The notes under the pieces: generated by a model
Database searches by the model: none
Told to the model about the DNA's origin: nothing
The model's input: the letters and a program-made list of their open reading frames with translations, nothing else
Shown: positions 44,801 to 58,150 of the stretch, in pieces
How positions within the stretch are numbered: position 1 is the stretch's first letter
How the letters are laid out: the number at the start of each line of letters is the position of its first letter
NCBI RefSeq assembly: GCF_009914755.1
Contig: NC_060932.1
Length of the DNA: 64,000 nucleotides
Source of the DNA: the human T2T-CHM13v2.0 reference genome, Homo sapiens
Direction: 5' to 3' (one strand)
Program-made: the position numbers and the translations under genes

Positions 44801-46219
44801 AATGTTCTAATATTCTAAATATAATTTACTTGGGGAATGGTTTAGAAGGTAATGATTAACCTATATTCTATTAAAGATTCTTGGAGCTAGAGGGGTTCCC
44901 CAGAGTCTGCCTAGACTTGTTAGCTACCACATGGTATCCTAATGATACCAGCCAAGTGGGTCATCAGTTCATTAAATAAAACTTTACAGCCTCTCTAATA
45001 ATGTTTTTCATCAGCTAACAACACTTGGTTAATTTTTTAATTATTATAAGAAATATTCTTCAGAACTTACATACTACCTATTTCTGTCTTGGGTAAAATA
45101 TTCCCTAGATCATGTGAGAGTACAAAGAATCATGTGCAAATGCTTCAATTTGTTAAACTCATCCTATTTTTTCCCAATTATTCTTGAAAAAGGTCGCTGC
45201 AATTTTTGAAGACATCAATTTCTCTCTATATGGTCATCATAAATTCTCAACTAAACTGTGTTTATGTTTAGTGGGACAACATTAAGAAGTTTTTGTTTTA
45301 TCTACTTCCAGATCCTTCCCTTTTATTTATTGACAGTTTTCTAATCCGAAAAAAAAGATATATGAAACAATACAATTAGCATTTCCATATTATGGATTCT
45401 ATTTCAAATTAGAATAATTCCTCAATCATAACTATTAATTTTTAATTGAAATGTATACTTTTCAATGATGAGGCAAATATTATGGTTTATTTTATTCTCA
45501 TATTTTATGAAAGATCCTGAGGCTCAGGCAGACAGTGTTGTCTTGCCCTCGGTTACAGTGCAGAACCAGAATTTAGTTTCTAATCCAGTGATTTTCCCAT
45601 TACCCCATGCTGCCTGTTCACGGGTCTCCTCCCTCCCTCTCTCTATTTTCTTCCTCTCACCGACTACATTCCAGAAATCTTATTACTTCTTGTTAGTTCT
45701 ACAATGAATAGGTGAGAGTTACCTTCCCTGGAGTTTATGCTCTTGATTAGAATTCCTGAATTCCATAACTAAATGACAAACGACTTAGACTTTAGGGAGC
45801 TCTCTCTTTGTGTCAATTGCTGAATAACCCCTTTCTGAATCTTAGATTCATTTTTTATCCTTGACACAGAAGTAGGACCTGACCTACTTTCTAAATTTAT
45901 ATTACATTGCATTTTACCCCCACTTCTAACCACCCAGTTTATTTCACTGCTTTGAAGGAAAAATAAAATGACATGAACATATTTCTGGGTTAATTTTTAA
46001 GTTAAGCTCTTAGTAAGCCTATCTGTTCAAGATAAGGTGTATGGAACTATTGAAGAGACAGAGAAAAAATTAATTGGAAAGTAAAGTATGTTAAAAATAG
46101 CCCCTGGGGTAAAGCTTATTCAAACCAATCCCTCAAAAGCTAGTTTGGGGAATAACTATCTAGTACATAATTTCCATCTCCTTAGTAAGGATATTGTAGG
46201 ATGGAAATTAGGATTAAAA

Positions 46220-46460
46220 TTGAAGAAAACTAAAAGTTCATTCCAGTAGAATTTTGAAACAAAGAAAAAGGAGAGGGAAAAGTCATAAAAGCAATAATAC
46301 AGGAAAATTCCTAGAGTTGAGGAAATGAGTTTCCACATGTAAAAGGTCTGCTGAGTTACAATACTTTAATATAGTATATAAAGAAAATATTGGAAACTTC
46401 TAAGAGAAAATGATAATATGCTAAATATCTGGAATCTGAATGTTTTCAGATTCCTAATCA
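46220..46460 (+). mobile_element. Ancient L1M/HAL1 ORF1-region fragment
   Basis: aataatacaggaaaattcctagagttgagg...aaaaggtctgctgagt. Confidence 0.45.
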
Positions 46461-47474
46461 ATAATGGTTTCACACAGATAAATGACATTTCTGATTTATA
46501 AATTTATAAAATGACTCTAGATGATATGTAAGTAATGGATTGGAATAAAAGCAGCCAGACAAATTAGGAAGCTGTCACACTCATCCACCCCCAGTGGGAT
46601 GATGACAGTGGGGATGGAGAGCTGTCCAGAGGTGTGAGCTAGAATCAGCAAAGGTGTGGAACTGAGAAATTCCAGGAGACAGAGACCTACCAGTTCCCCA
46701 AATCCCTTAGATACTCCCTACATAGTCTCTTTGTGACTATAAGCAGTACACAAATATAAGATTGTATCTGCAGATAAGCATAGTCTGAAGATTTGGAATT
46801 CCTTCCCAGACACCAAGCAATCTTTACTTTTCTATCCTACATTTCATACATACACTGATTATATGGAAAATCTCCAGGTGGCTTCAGGTGGCTTTCTACT
46901 GTTTCCTTTTCTCCCCCAACATTACCCAACAAAACAAAAGAAGAGAAATTACAAATAGAGTAATCTGCAAAAGCTCATAGTTCCTATCCTCAAATAACGT
47001 AAATTCTAAGTGACCATAGAAAGCTAACTAATATTATAAGGATACATATGGGTATATATGTTAAGTGGAAAACAGTCATAAGGTAACGATATTTCTTAGG
47101 CATTCGAAGGGAGGGGTTTGCTGTTTGAGGGGTCATAGAGGTGGTACTCAGGTAGAACTTGGAAGTTCGGGTGTCAGGTGGAGGAGAAATGACAGACATC
47201 ACAGAGAACACAGCATAAATAATAGGTGAGACTTAACAACCACCATGTTTGGGAGGTAGAGAGTAGAAGAGGCTGGTTGGAGAGATCCTTATAACAATGT
47301 ACAACACATAAGAAGAGTATTTTTTTTCCTTAATAGTACCCTCCCCACTGACAATGTGAGTGCACTTTCATATAACAGCACAGTGCACCAGCTTGAATAC
47401 AATAATATGACCAATATAGATATAATTTGGTCCCACCCATATTTGAACATTCATTATATTTTATATTCTTCTTA

Positions 47475-47878
47475 TGTGGTAACTGTGGGATTGATCCACT
47501 CAGATCTCACTTCAAGAGAATCTGCTGTGGAGAGCATAGGTGACTGGCAACTTCCAGCTGCTGCACTTTGAGATATACCTTCAGATTCACACCGGGACAC
47601 ACTTCCTATGTTTCACTTCCAGCTGATAAGTGGGCCTAGCAGAGATATTAGCACTGGGCCAATCCTACATATTGACATGGCCAACATTTTCTTTCCAGAA
47701 CTGGACTGAGATCTGAGGTTGTCCCTACCTAATCCTCCTCTTCCTCTTTCTTTGCACAGATATCTGACTAGCACCACAGTTTGAAAGCTTTCCCTTTCTT
47801 TCTCAGGCATTTCCTGTGAATCTATTGTATACCTAATTCTATCTTGCTGTCTGCTTCTTGGAGGACCAAACTGATATA
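47475..47878 (+). mobile_element. LTR16-family (ERVL) solo LTR
   Basis: Starts tgtggtaactgtgg; ends atcttgctgtctgcttcttggaggaccaaactgata. Confidence 0.65.
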
Positions 47879-48068
47879 CTTGGACATGTATCCCTAAGAA
47901 CACAAATCAACAATTATTGCTATCAGAAACATCGGAGAGTAAAAATCTTTCAGGAGACACCATTCTGAGACAAATATAACCATTAATTCCTTTCAAGTTC
48001 CATTAGTTTCCACTCTAGGGTAAAAAGGATCTTTTAAAGATCATCTAATTCAACTCTACATTCTGACG

Positions 48069-48605
48069 TGTGGTTACTGAAGTAGATTAATGACAAAAAT
48101 GGCCTGTTTATTCACCCCTCCCTGTATCCACATCCTTTCCAATGTAACCTTGCAGCTTCTCTCATCAAGTGAACACTAATTATTGCCCCACCCCTTGCAT
48201 TTAGTCTGGCTTTGTGACTTGCTTTGGTTAATAGAAAGGGATGGAACACTGAGCCAAGCTCAGGACTCCAGTGACCTTGCACAATTCCACTGTTTCTCTT
48301 GGACCTCTGCCTCCAAAAGAACATGATCAAGATCACTGGATGGAGAGCCAGAGACCACATGAACCAGAGCTGAGTTCAATCGTCCCAGCCAAGGCATCAG
48401 GCCTGTGAAAAAGTCCAGCTGAGACAACCACAACTGCCCAGCTGACCTGCAACTGATCATAGACATATGAGGGGGCCCTATTCAGTCTAGAAAAACTGTC
48501 AAGCTGACCCATAGACTCCTGAGCAATAAAAAACATTTGCTTTAAGCCAGTGAGTTTGGGAATGGCTTGTCATGTAACATCATTGTGTTAAATTTAACTA
48601 ATACA
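48069..48605 (+). mobile_element. MLT1H/G-type MaLR solo LTR
   Basis: aaaaatggcc...cccctccctgtatcc...gtgacttgctttgg...tttaagccagtgagtttggg...aactaataca. Confidence 0.82.
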
Positions 48606-50470
48606 TATGTTTTCTAAGATCGTCTTTATCACAGACGCACCCAGACTCTGCTAGGACTACACCAGGGGGAGGACAGAAATAAGTGATCAGGACTTTTTGT
48701 CTTCATTTTCTTCTCTTTTCTTAGATTAAATGAGATCATGTGGTTATTTCAGTGGACCTCAATAAATACTTAGAGGCACAGATGTCACTATGCTGTATCC
48801 CTCCTGTCCACCCCCAATCCATTATTTTTCAGTTTCTTTCAATTCCATGACATGTCCAGTTATCAGGGCTGATTTTTCCTACTTCTGCTATATCCAGTTC
48901 ACCTATACAGTTAGTACAATTGGAGAATCTGAGCCATGAATTTGGGATATAGTTTATTGCATGTGTTCCTCAGGATCAGAGATTCTTTTTGAAGGGTGGG
49001 GATATTTCATTAGTGAATTTGGTTATTTTCATGGAATTCTTTATTGCAACTTTTAAAGTGATTATATGTTGTAACTAAAGCTCTGGGCAGGGATGGATAT
49101 TAGGATAGCACAGAGCTGCCAATACCTGGAAACCTGACTAACATGACATCAACAAATGAGAGCTTTTTTTAAAAATTCTCACCCGATGAAAAGTTTCAAG
49201 TAATTGAAACTGTCCTAGCAGCTTAACAACACAAGTTACAGGGTCCCTGGGGTTCTCATGAATGCGAGATGACAATTCCCACTTTAGGTATTTCAACAAA
49301 GCGAAAAGAAGAGAGGAAAATATAGTACCAAAGTTATTTGTTCTTTTTGTCAGAAATGAGAAGCCCCCAGAAGATTTTGTTTTGTGTCATTGTCTAAAAT
49401 TGTACCACATGGCCACCACTGCTGCAGGGAAGGTAGTGAACTATGCAGTTTCCATTCTCAGTGTGAAGGCAGCAAGGGCTAGCAGTGCTTGGAAATGAGT
49501 ACTGGTTAGGCAACAACAGTGTCTGTCATAGTCTGTACACTAAAGCAAAGAGTAAAATTGGGGAAACAGACAATGCAAGTTTAATCAACACAGGATTTAT
49601 CTGTAGGTGGACAACATGCACTTCAAATTTCTTGAAAAATAATAAATATTCTGAGACTTTGCTCCTCAAATTAATTGTTGTAATTTTGGGAAATATTTAT
49701 ATTATGAATGAGTAACTTTATCTGAGAATATTGAGTCAAAGCAGGGCACCAGAATATGTATACTTGAAAACTTCCACATGCATTTCTGTATATTCAAGCT
49801 GAATTTACATTCCAACCCCCTACTCCTGTTCACCTAGTCATCCTCTTCCTCACCTCTTAAATCTATCAATTTCCAAGTGCAAGCAACTCAGCCTCCCACA
49901 TAGAACTCAATCTGCTCTTACTGTGCATTCTTGTTGATTACATCATAGGGCAGCTCATTACCCACCTGCATTACTACAATAGAGGCCATACTGCTTACTT
50001 CTGTTAGCATTTTTTCCTCAAATCACCACCCAACAATCCTGTCAAAGTGAAATATCTAAATTTAAACTGATTTTTTTAACTAGCTACCTTAAATTTTATT
50101 TCCTTTGAAATAAAAGCAGGTATCCTTTTGGCAAGACTTAAAAGGTCCTTTATGAACTGGTCTTCACCATCCTCTCCTAGCTCTTTATCCTTTCCAAACA
50201 ACCCTTTGCCCTGAAATTCCTAGAGTTCCCTAGAAACGGCAGACCTACCACGTGCCTTCTTCTCCCCACGTTTTCTCACATGTCCTTGCACTAGGAATAG
50301 CTCTAGGGTCCATTATTCATAAGGGCTCCTCCTTGTCATGCACTTCAATTCTCATCTCAATGATAACCTGCTCATGTGCCTGTCTCGTGAGCTCCTGAAG
50401 TGACTGTGTATTTATCACACTTCCTTATCATCATCTCACTATTATTTATCACTGCAATTGTGTGTTCCTA

Positions 50471-51049
50471 TGTTAGAAAGTAAAATTTAAAAGTTGTTGG
50501 AACACCTAAAACACTTTCAGTCTTCAGAGACATGTGATTGTGTGATCTGAGTCATAGAGCATGTAGTTGTAACTACTTCTTCTTAGATTATAGATTTACT
50601 CTTTCTTAGTGTTCTTGTTTTGTAAGTGACTAGGAGAGACCAAAGGCCAGACATCCTCCCCTTCTAATTACTTACCTTTGTTACAGATTAACTGTTGCCC
50701 TTACTGTCCTGTACCTAACTCAGACCAGGTGACACAAAAGACTTCGTGACTGTTACATCTTCAGTGTGGAATGTTAAACATACCTCTCCCGAGAGAGAGA
50801 GAGAAAAAAAAAACACCTTGACCAATCAGATCATTATAACTATGCAGTAAGCCTCTATAGAAAGATGTTGGAATCCTGCTAAGTTTCCCTAAACCCTGCC
50901 TATAAAGACAACCCCAAACTTCTACACTTCAGAACAGTGACATCCAGTCTTTAGAGTCTGTGCTTCCTGGGCAGTCATCTTCAAGCTTTTTGTATGAATA
51001 AACTGTACATTTAATCACATATTCTTAATCTCATTATTTAAGGTTGACG
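50471..51049 (+). mobile_element. ERV1 solo LTR, MER34/MER39 group
   Basis: Starts tg and ends atctcattatttaaggttgac; CCAAT at 50822, TATAAA at 50901, AATAAA at 50997. Confidence 0.75.
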
Positions 51050-51076
51050 TGTGTGTGTGTGTATGTGTGTGTGTGT
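51049..51076. repeat. (TG)n microsatellite
   Basis: gtgtgtgtgtgtgtatgtgtgtgtgtgt abutting the LTR end. Confidence 0.9.
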
Positions 51077-52262
51077 TCAGCCTTTTAACATTCATGACCA
51101 TCTAAGGTAGCCAGGCAGAAGACTGAAATGCTACAGTGGCACCTACATACCACCACTACCCTTCCCTTTACCCTGCTGCAGAAGTCAAGGACGCAGAAGG
51201 AACCGTACAATCAAGGCTGTGAGTTCAGGACTCTGTCTTCGTGTGTTTACTTTCTTCACTGGCAACAGTTAACACTCTTCCTGATACACTGTGGGTGCAT
51301 TTGCTGAATTGGTGAAAGGAGAAAAGGTTTTAAAGGTTAACTTCTAACAAAATGTTTATCTCCCTGGAAAAAAGTAGAAACTACATTCTCTGAGCCTCAT
51401 CTCAAAACGTATGGCTTTGGTTGACCTTCAAAATGTTAATTTCCAAGGGAGAGGCAACTTTTTACCTCTCAATGGTAGAGTAAATCATATATCTTAATGT
51501 GGGCTCTGAGTCTCTGAGGAGGATTGATGGGCCAGTGAGTGAGAGAGAGGGGGCTCCTTAGGTCCTGGACAACAGGAAATGACAGCTACTGGCTTGTTTC
51601 ACTTTCCCCAGACTTTTCCTAAATCCTTTCAAATGATTCTCTGCACTTCTTTCTAAATTGAGTTAAATTTGTGCCCTCTGTAAGATTATAAAAATAGCAA
51701 ACCCAATAGTCTTCAAGAGTGAAAAGGTAAACTTCAGCCTCAACCCATGTGATGAAAAATATCAAATCAGTGGCCTTTGGATTAATGAAGTTTTACTGAA
51801 GTCATATTCCTAATTGTAACTTTCGCATTGCTGATACTGACAGAACAAATTGAGAAAAAGCAATTTGGCTTTGCATTCTCATGCATCAAATTTCTTGAAA
51901 TCTAAATATAGATTCCTAGGATCTCCTGCAATTTGGGAGTAGCACTGTGCCAATCCAGATGAACAATTTTCCCTCAGGAAGCTCCTGAAAAGGTTCTGTT
52001 TCAGAGACCTCTAGTATATATTAAAAGCCAAAGCAGCAACAGTTAAGATTCATATATAGACCAAGTATTGGTGCTTCAGAAAGTTTTCCAGAAAATAAAA
52101 ATGTAAATTAGTTATTGCTGAATCAAGTCACAGGAGAGTACTTTATGTCAATTACAAAAGCAATAAGAGAACAACAGCAACAAATGTGTATTTGATATCT
52201 TTCCTAAAAATTGATTTTATATTTTGTTTTAGAAACATGGAATAATTGTGGCTTGCCTATTA

Positions 52263-52265
<3 letters not shown>

Positions 52266-52305
<40 letters not shown>
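52266..52305 (+). repeat. Pure A40 homopolymer
   Basis: 40 consecutive A with no Alu or L1 body immediately upstream. Confidence 0.95.
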
Positions 52306-52306
<1 letters not shown>

Positions 52307-52547
52307 ACCACCACCACTGTGTAAATAGTGTTGTTCACCATTCAAGCATTAGGATGACCTAAATCACTCACAAGTCACTTGGGCCCAGCCCTGAGTCACT
52401 CCTTAGGACGTGATTGAACTCTCCCAGATGGGGCCTTCCTTCTAATTTCCCAGGTATGTTAGAAACTGAGGCCACACCACTAATACCAGATACCCAATCT
52501 GGAGTAATTTTTCTAGGATTTTTGAGAGTTAAAAATTAGTGCCTGTT

Positions 52548-54335
52548 CATCATGCTATCTGACTTCAAACTATACTATAAGACTACAGTAACCCCAACAG
52601 CATGGTACTGGTACCAAAACAGATATATAGACCAATGGAACAGAACAGAGGCCTTAAAAATAACACCACACGTCTGCAACCATCTGATCTTTGACAAACC
52701 TGACAAAAACAAGCAATGGGGAAAAGATTCCCTATTTGATAAATGATGTTGGGAAAACTGGCTAGCCATATGCAGAAAAATGAAACTGGACTCCTTCATT
52801 ATACCTTATACAAAAATTAACTCAAGATTGATTAAAGACTTAAATGTAAGACCTAAAACCATAAAAGTCCTAGAGGAAAACCTAGGCAATACCATTCAGG
52901 ATGTAGCCGTGGGCAAACACTCTATGACTAAAACACCAAAAGCAATTGCAACAAAAGCCAAAATTGACAAATGGGATCTAATTAAACTAAAGAGCTTCTG
53001 CACAGCAAAATAAACTATCATCAGAGTGAACAGGCAACCTACAGAATGGGAGAAAATTTTTGCAATCTATCCATCTGACAAAGGGCTAACATCCAGAATC
53101 TACAAGGAACTTAAACAAATTTACAAGAAAAAACAAACAAACCCATCAAAAAGTGAATGGTCACTTCTCAAAAGAAGACATTTATGGGGCCAACAAACAT
53201 GAAAAAAAGCTCATTATTACTGGTCATTAGAGAAATGCAAATCAAAACCACAATGAGATACCATCTCATGACAGTTAGAATGGCAATCATTAAAAAGTCA
53301 GGAAACAACAGATGCTGGAGAGGATGTGGAGAATTAGGAACACTTTTCACTGTTGGTAGGAGTGTAAATTAGTTCAACCATTGTGGAAGACAGTGTGACA
53401 ATTCCTCAAGGATCTAGAACCAGAAATACCATTTGGCCCAGCAAATGGTATTTTGCTGGAATATTTGCATATACTGGGTATATATCCAAAGGATTATAAA
53501 TCATTCTACTATAAGGTCACATGCACACGTGTGTTTATTGCAGCACTATTCACAAGAGCAAAGACTTGGAACCAACCCAAATGCCCATCAATGATAGACT
53601 GGATAAAGAAATGTGGCACATATACACTGTGGAATACTATGCAGCCATAAAAAAGATGAGTTCATGTCCTTTGCAGGGACCTGGATGAAGCTGGAAACCA
53701 TCATTCTCAGCAAACTAACGCAGGAACAGAAAACCAAACACCGCATGTTCTCACTCATAAGTGGGAGTTGAAGGCTGGGAGCGGTGGCTCACTCCTGTAA
53801 TCCCAGCACTTTGGCAGACTGAAGTGGGCGGATCACGAGGTCAGGAGATTGAGACCATCCTGGCCAACGTGGTGAAACCCCGTCTCTACTAAAAATACAA
53901 AAAATTAGCCGGGGGTGGTGGCAGGCACCTGTAGTCTCAGCTACTCAGGAGGCTGAGGCAGGAGAATGGCGTGAACCCGGGAGGTGGAGCTTGCAGTGTG
54001 AGCCAAGATCGCGCCATTGCACTCCAGCCCGGGCGACAGAGCGAGACTCCATCTTAAAACAAACAAACAAACAAACAAACAAACAAACAAACAAATAAAT
54101 GGGAGTTGAACAATGAGAACGTATGGGCACAGGGAAGGGAACATCACACACCGGGACCTATCAGTGGGTGGGGGTGAAGGGGAGGAATAGCATTAGGAGA
54201 AATATCTAATGTACATGACGGGTTGATGGGTGCAGCAAACCACCATGGCACATGTATACCTATGTAACAAACCTGCACGTTCTGCACATCATGTATCCCA
54301 GAATTTAAACTGTGTGTATATATATATGTGTGTGT

Positions 54336-54373
<38 letters not shown>

Positions 54374-54375
54374 AT
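52548..54375 (+). mobile_element. 5'-truncated L1PA7-like element containing an AluY; tail converted to (TA)/(TG)n
   Basis: ORF2 3' part plus 3' UTR (gacgggttgatgggtgcagcaaaccaccatgg); diverged TSD aaaattagtgcctgtt/aaaatagtacccgtt. Confidence 0.92.
53773..54094 (+). mobile_element. AluY with (CAAA)n tail
   Basis: gagaccatcctgg, aatggcgtgaaccc, gagcttgcag; 16-bp TSD ataa(g/a)tgggagttgaa at 53757-53772 and 54095-54110. Confidence 0.95.
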
Positions 54376-54734
54376 AAAATAGTACCCGTTTCAGAGGCTG
54401 AGGAAATAGAAGGTGGTGCTCCATTCAGGCACTGCGACTGGACAAATTTTATAGCCTTGCATGCATCACTTAACTCATGAGAGCCTCAAATTCCCCATCT
54501 GTGAAATAAGAAACTTGAAACAGAAAACATCACCTTGTATTTGTACAATATTAAATAACTTGCAAAGCACTTCAGCTGTTTTCTCATGTAATCTTAAACA
54601 AAAATATGTGAAAGGCTGGGCTGGGTTGAAATTAATATCCTTATGATGGTCAAGTTTTGAGGATTCCTAAGGGACACTAACTCTTCTACACTTATATCAA
54701 GTAACTGGCTTAAGCAAATAACAGCAATCAGACA

Positions 54735-55350
54735 GATGGAGGAAGAGTGCCAGGAGCTAAGGAACATGAACAGCCTATGGAAGCTAGAAAAGTCAACAAA
54801 ACAGACTCTCCCCTAGAGCCTCCAGAAAAGAAAGCAGCCCGGGCAACAGCTGGGTTCTTAGTCTCATGGCACTTGTATCAGACTTCTGGCATACAGAACT
54901 ATAAGATAATAAATTTGATTTTGCTTTGGTTACTAGTTTTTTGGTACAGGTTGAGAGTCCCTAATCTGACAATCCAAAATCCAAAATGCTTCAAAATTCA
55001 AAACTTGTTGATTGGCAACATGACACCACAAGTGGAAAATTCCACAACTGAACAACTGCCACCTTTGCTTTCTGATGGTCAATGTACACAGTTATTTTGT
55101 GTACAAAATTAAAAATATTGTATGAAATTACCTTTAGGGCATATGTATATGATGCCCATAAAGCACAAATAAATTTTGTGTTTAGACTTGGTTTCCATCC
55201 CCAAGATATCTCATTATGTATATGCAAATATTCCAAAATCTAAAAAAAATCTGAAATCCAAAACACTTCTGGTCTCAAGCATTTTGGACCAGGGACACTC
55301 AACCTACGCAAATTCTATAATTTGCTACTGGCAATAGAAAACTATTATAT
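54735..55350 (+). mobile_element. MLT1C/D LTR 3' part split by Tigger4
   Basis: gaagctagaaaag...actctcccctagagcctccagaa...agaactataagataataaattt; resumes gcaatagaaaacta after the MITE. Confidence 0.75.
54947..55306 (+). mobile_element. Tigger4b/Zombi TcMar MITE (~360 bp)
   Basis: Terminal inverted repeats caggttgagagtccct...agggacactcaacct, preceded by TA. Confidence 0.88.
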
Positions 55351-55351
55351 G

Positions 55352-56028
55352 ATACAACCACTTTGGAAGACACTTTGATGTTTTCTTAGAAAGTTATGTA
55401 TATCTATAACATGATTCTTCCATTCCACCCCATTTATTCACATCCTATTAACTCAAGAGAAATGAAAACACATATCTGTATAAAGACTTGTACGTTAATA
55501 TTTATGGCAATTTTTTTCTTTTTAGAGACTGAGTCTCGCTTTGTCACCCAAGCTGGAGTGCAGTGGTGTGTTTATAGCAACTTGTTTTGAAATGGCTAAA
55601 AACCGGAAATGATCAAAGTGCCTATGAACAGATGAATAGATTTAAAAAATCTGGTAAACCCATACAACCAGGTACTAGTTAACAATTTAAAAGAGTATAC
55701 CATTGATCTATATAACACTGGGGATGAATCTCAGATTATACTGAGTGAAAAAAGTGAGATAAAAAGAATACACAGTCTACGATTTCATTCATATATTTTC
55801 TAGAAAATACAAACTCATCTATAGGAACAAATGAGTGGTGGCGACAGGGAAGTGGCTGTGGGTCAAAGCAGGAGTGAGGGAATAAAAGCATGAGTAAAAT
55901 TCTGCAGGTGATGGATATGTTCACTCTACTGACTGTGGTAATGGCTTCACTGGTATAGAAATGTCAAAATTTATCATTTGAACACTTTAATCTGTGTCAA
56001 TTATATCTCAATAAAGTTGTTTAAAAAT
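55352..56028 (+). mobile_element. L1MC/L1ME-type 3' end
   Basis: acaaccactttggaagac...caagagaaatgaaaaca...gatgaatctcagattatactgagtgaaaaaag...gtcaattatatctcaataaag. Confidence 0.75.
55511..55570 (-). mobile_element. Extremely 5'-truncated Alu (~45 bp plus tail)
   Basis: gagactgagtctcgctttgtcacccaagctggagtgcagtggtg; TSD tttat(g/a)gcaa at 55501-55510 and 55571-55580. Confidence 0.85.
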
Positions 56029-56471
56029 AATGTAAAATATCAGGGTTCCCAAGTTTATGTAATATGTTAATAGCAGAGATAAATACCATTTTTCAGAAAT
56101 TTATTATATTCCTAAAGGCCATGACCTAGCTGCAAATATCAGCATAGTAACAATCAAGAATAAAATCAGTTTTGTTCAAGGATCCAAGATTCTGGGAGAA
56201 TATAAAGCTGTTTGGCATGATGGATTTCCAAGCTGGAGGCTGTGTTCACTGGCCACTTCTTCACCTCATTAAGCAACTAATTATTGGCACAAAGGGATGG
56301 ATCAATGAGAGGCCTGCAAGATGTCTCCTGGAGGCAAGGGGTACTGGGAAGAAAATGAGTACAGTCTCAGCAGGAACCCTGAATCCAAATGAATACCGAG
56401 GACCATTTAAGGTGCCAAAATGGGAAGACAGCCATCATTTGGAAGCCAGGTATGTGGCAAGAAGCCCCCAA

Positions 56472-56765
<294 letters not shown>

Positions 56766-56858
56766 TGAAGCCCCCACTCTTTAAGGAGGCTGGCATGCAT
56801 GAAGGAAAAGAAAAGCTGTCACCATTGAGCTGTTATTTAGGGAAAAATATAATCTTTC

Positions 56859-57011
56859 TGGTTGGGCACCATGGTGTGTGCCTGTAGTCCCAGCTACTCA
56901 GGAGGCTGAGGCAGAAGGATAGCTTAAATCCAGGAGGTCAAGGCTGCAGTGAACTATGATGGTGCCACTGCATTCCATCCTGGGAGATAGAGCAAGACCC
57001 TGTCACTTAAA
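56859..57011 (+). mobile_element. FRAM/AluJ monomer
   Basis: cctgtagtcccagctactcaggagg...gtcaaggctgcagtgaactatgat...gcaagaccctgtc. Confidence 0.85.
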
Positions 57012-57132
57012 CAGCCCTTCTACCTGCCCGCAGTAAAAATTCAGGAAGGGAGAGTGAGGGGAGAAAGAGAGAGATAGCAGTTCTCACACCTTTCAATTAT
57101 AAATTGTTTTCTGTACACTCAACTAAGTTTGG

Positions 57133-57835
<703 letters not shown>

Positions 57836-57993
57836 GTTGGCGTGATCTGAGACAGGATGATTGCTGACTGACCGAAGCCAATGAGGTAATGCGTGATCTT
57901 TTGGGGAGATACTAGGGACAGTTCAGGTGGGTAAAGACTGTACATCACCCTATCATATTCTTACTATTAAGTTGTAAGAAAAGTAAACTACAG

Positions 57994-58082
57994 ATCACTC
58001 GAACCCACAAAGCAGAGGTTGCAGTGAGCCGAGATCTCACCACTGCACTCCACCCTGGGTGACAGAGTGAGACTCCATCTCA

Positions 58083-58118
<36 letters not shown>

Positions 58119-58150
58119 AAACAGCAACAACAGCAACAACAACAAGAAAA
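57994..58150 (+). mobile_element. 5'-truncated AluS with (CAA)n tail
   Basis: gaggttgcagtgagccgagat...gagactccatctc followed by ~20 CAA/CAG units. Confidence 0.88.
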
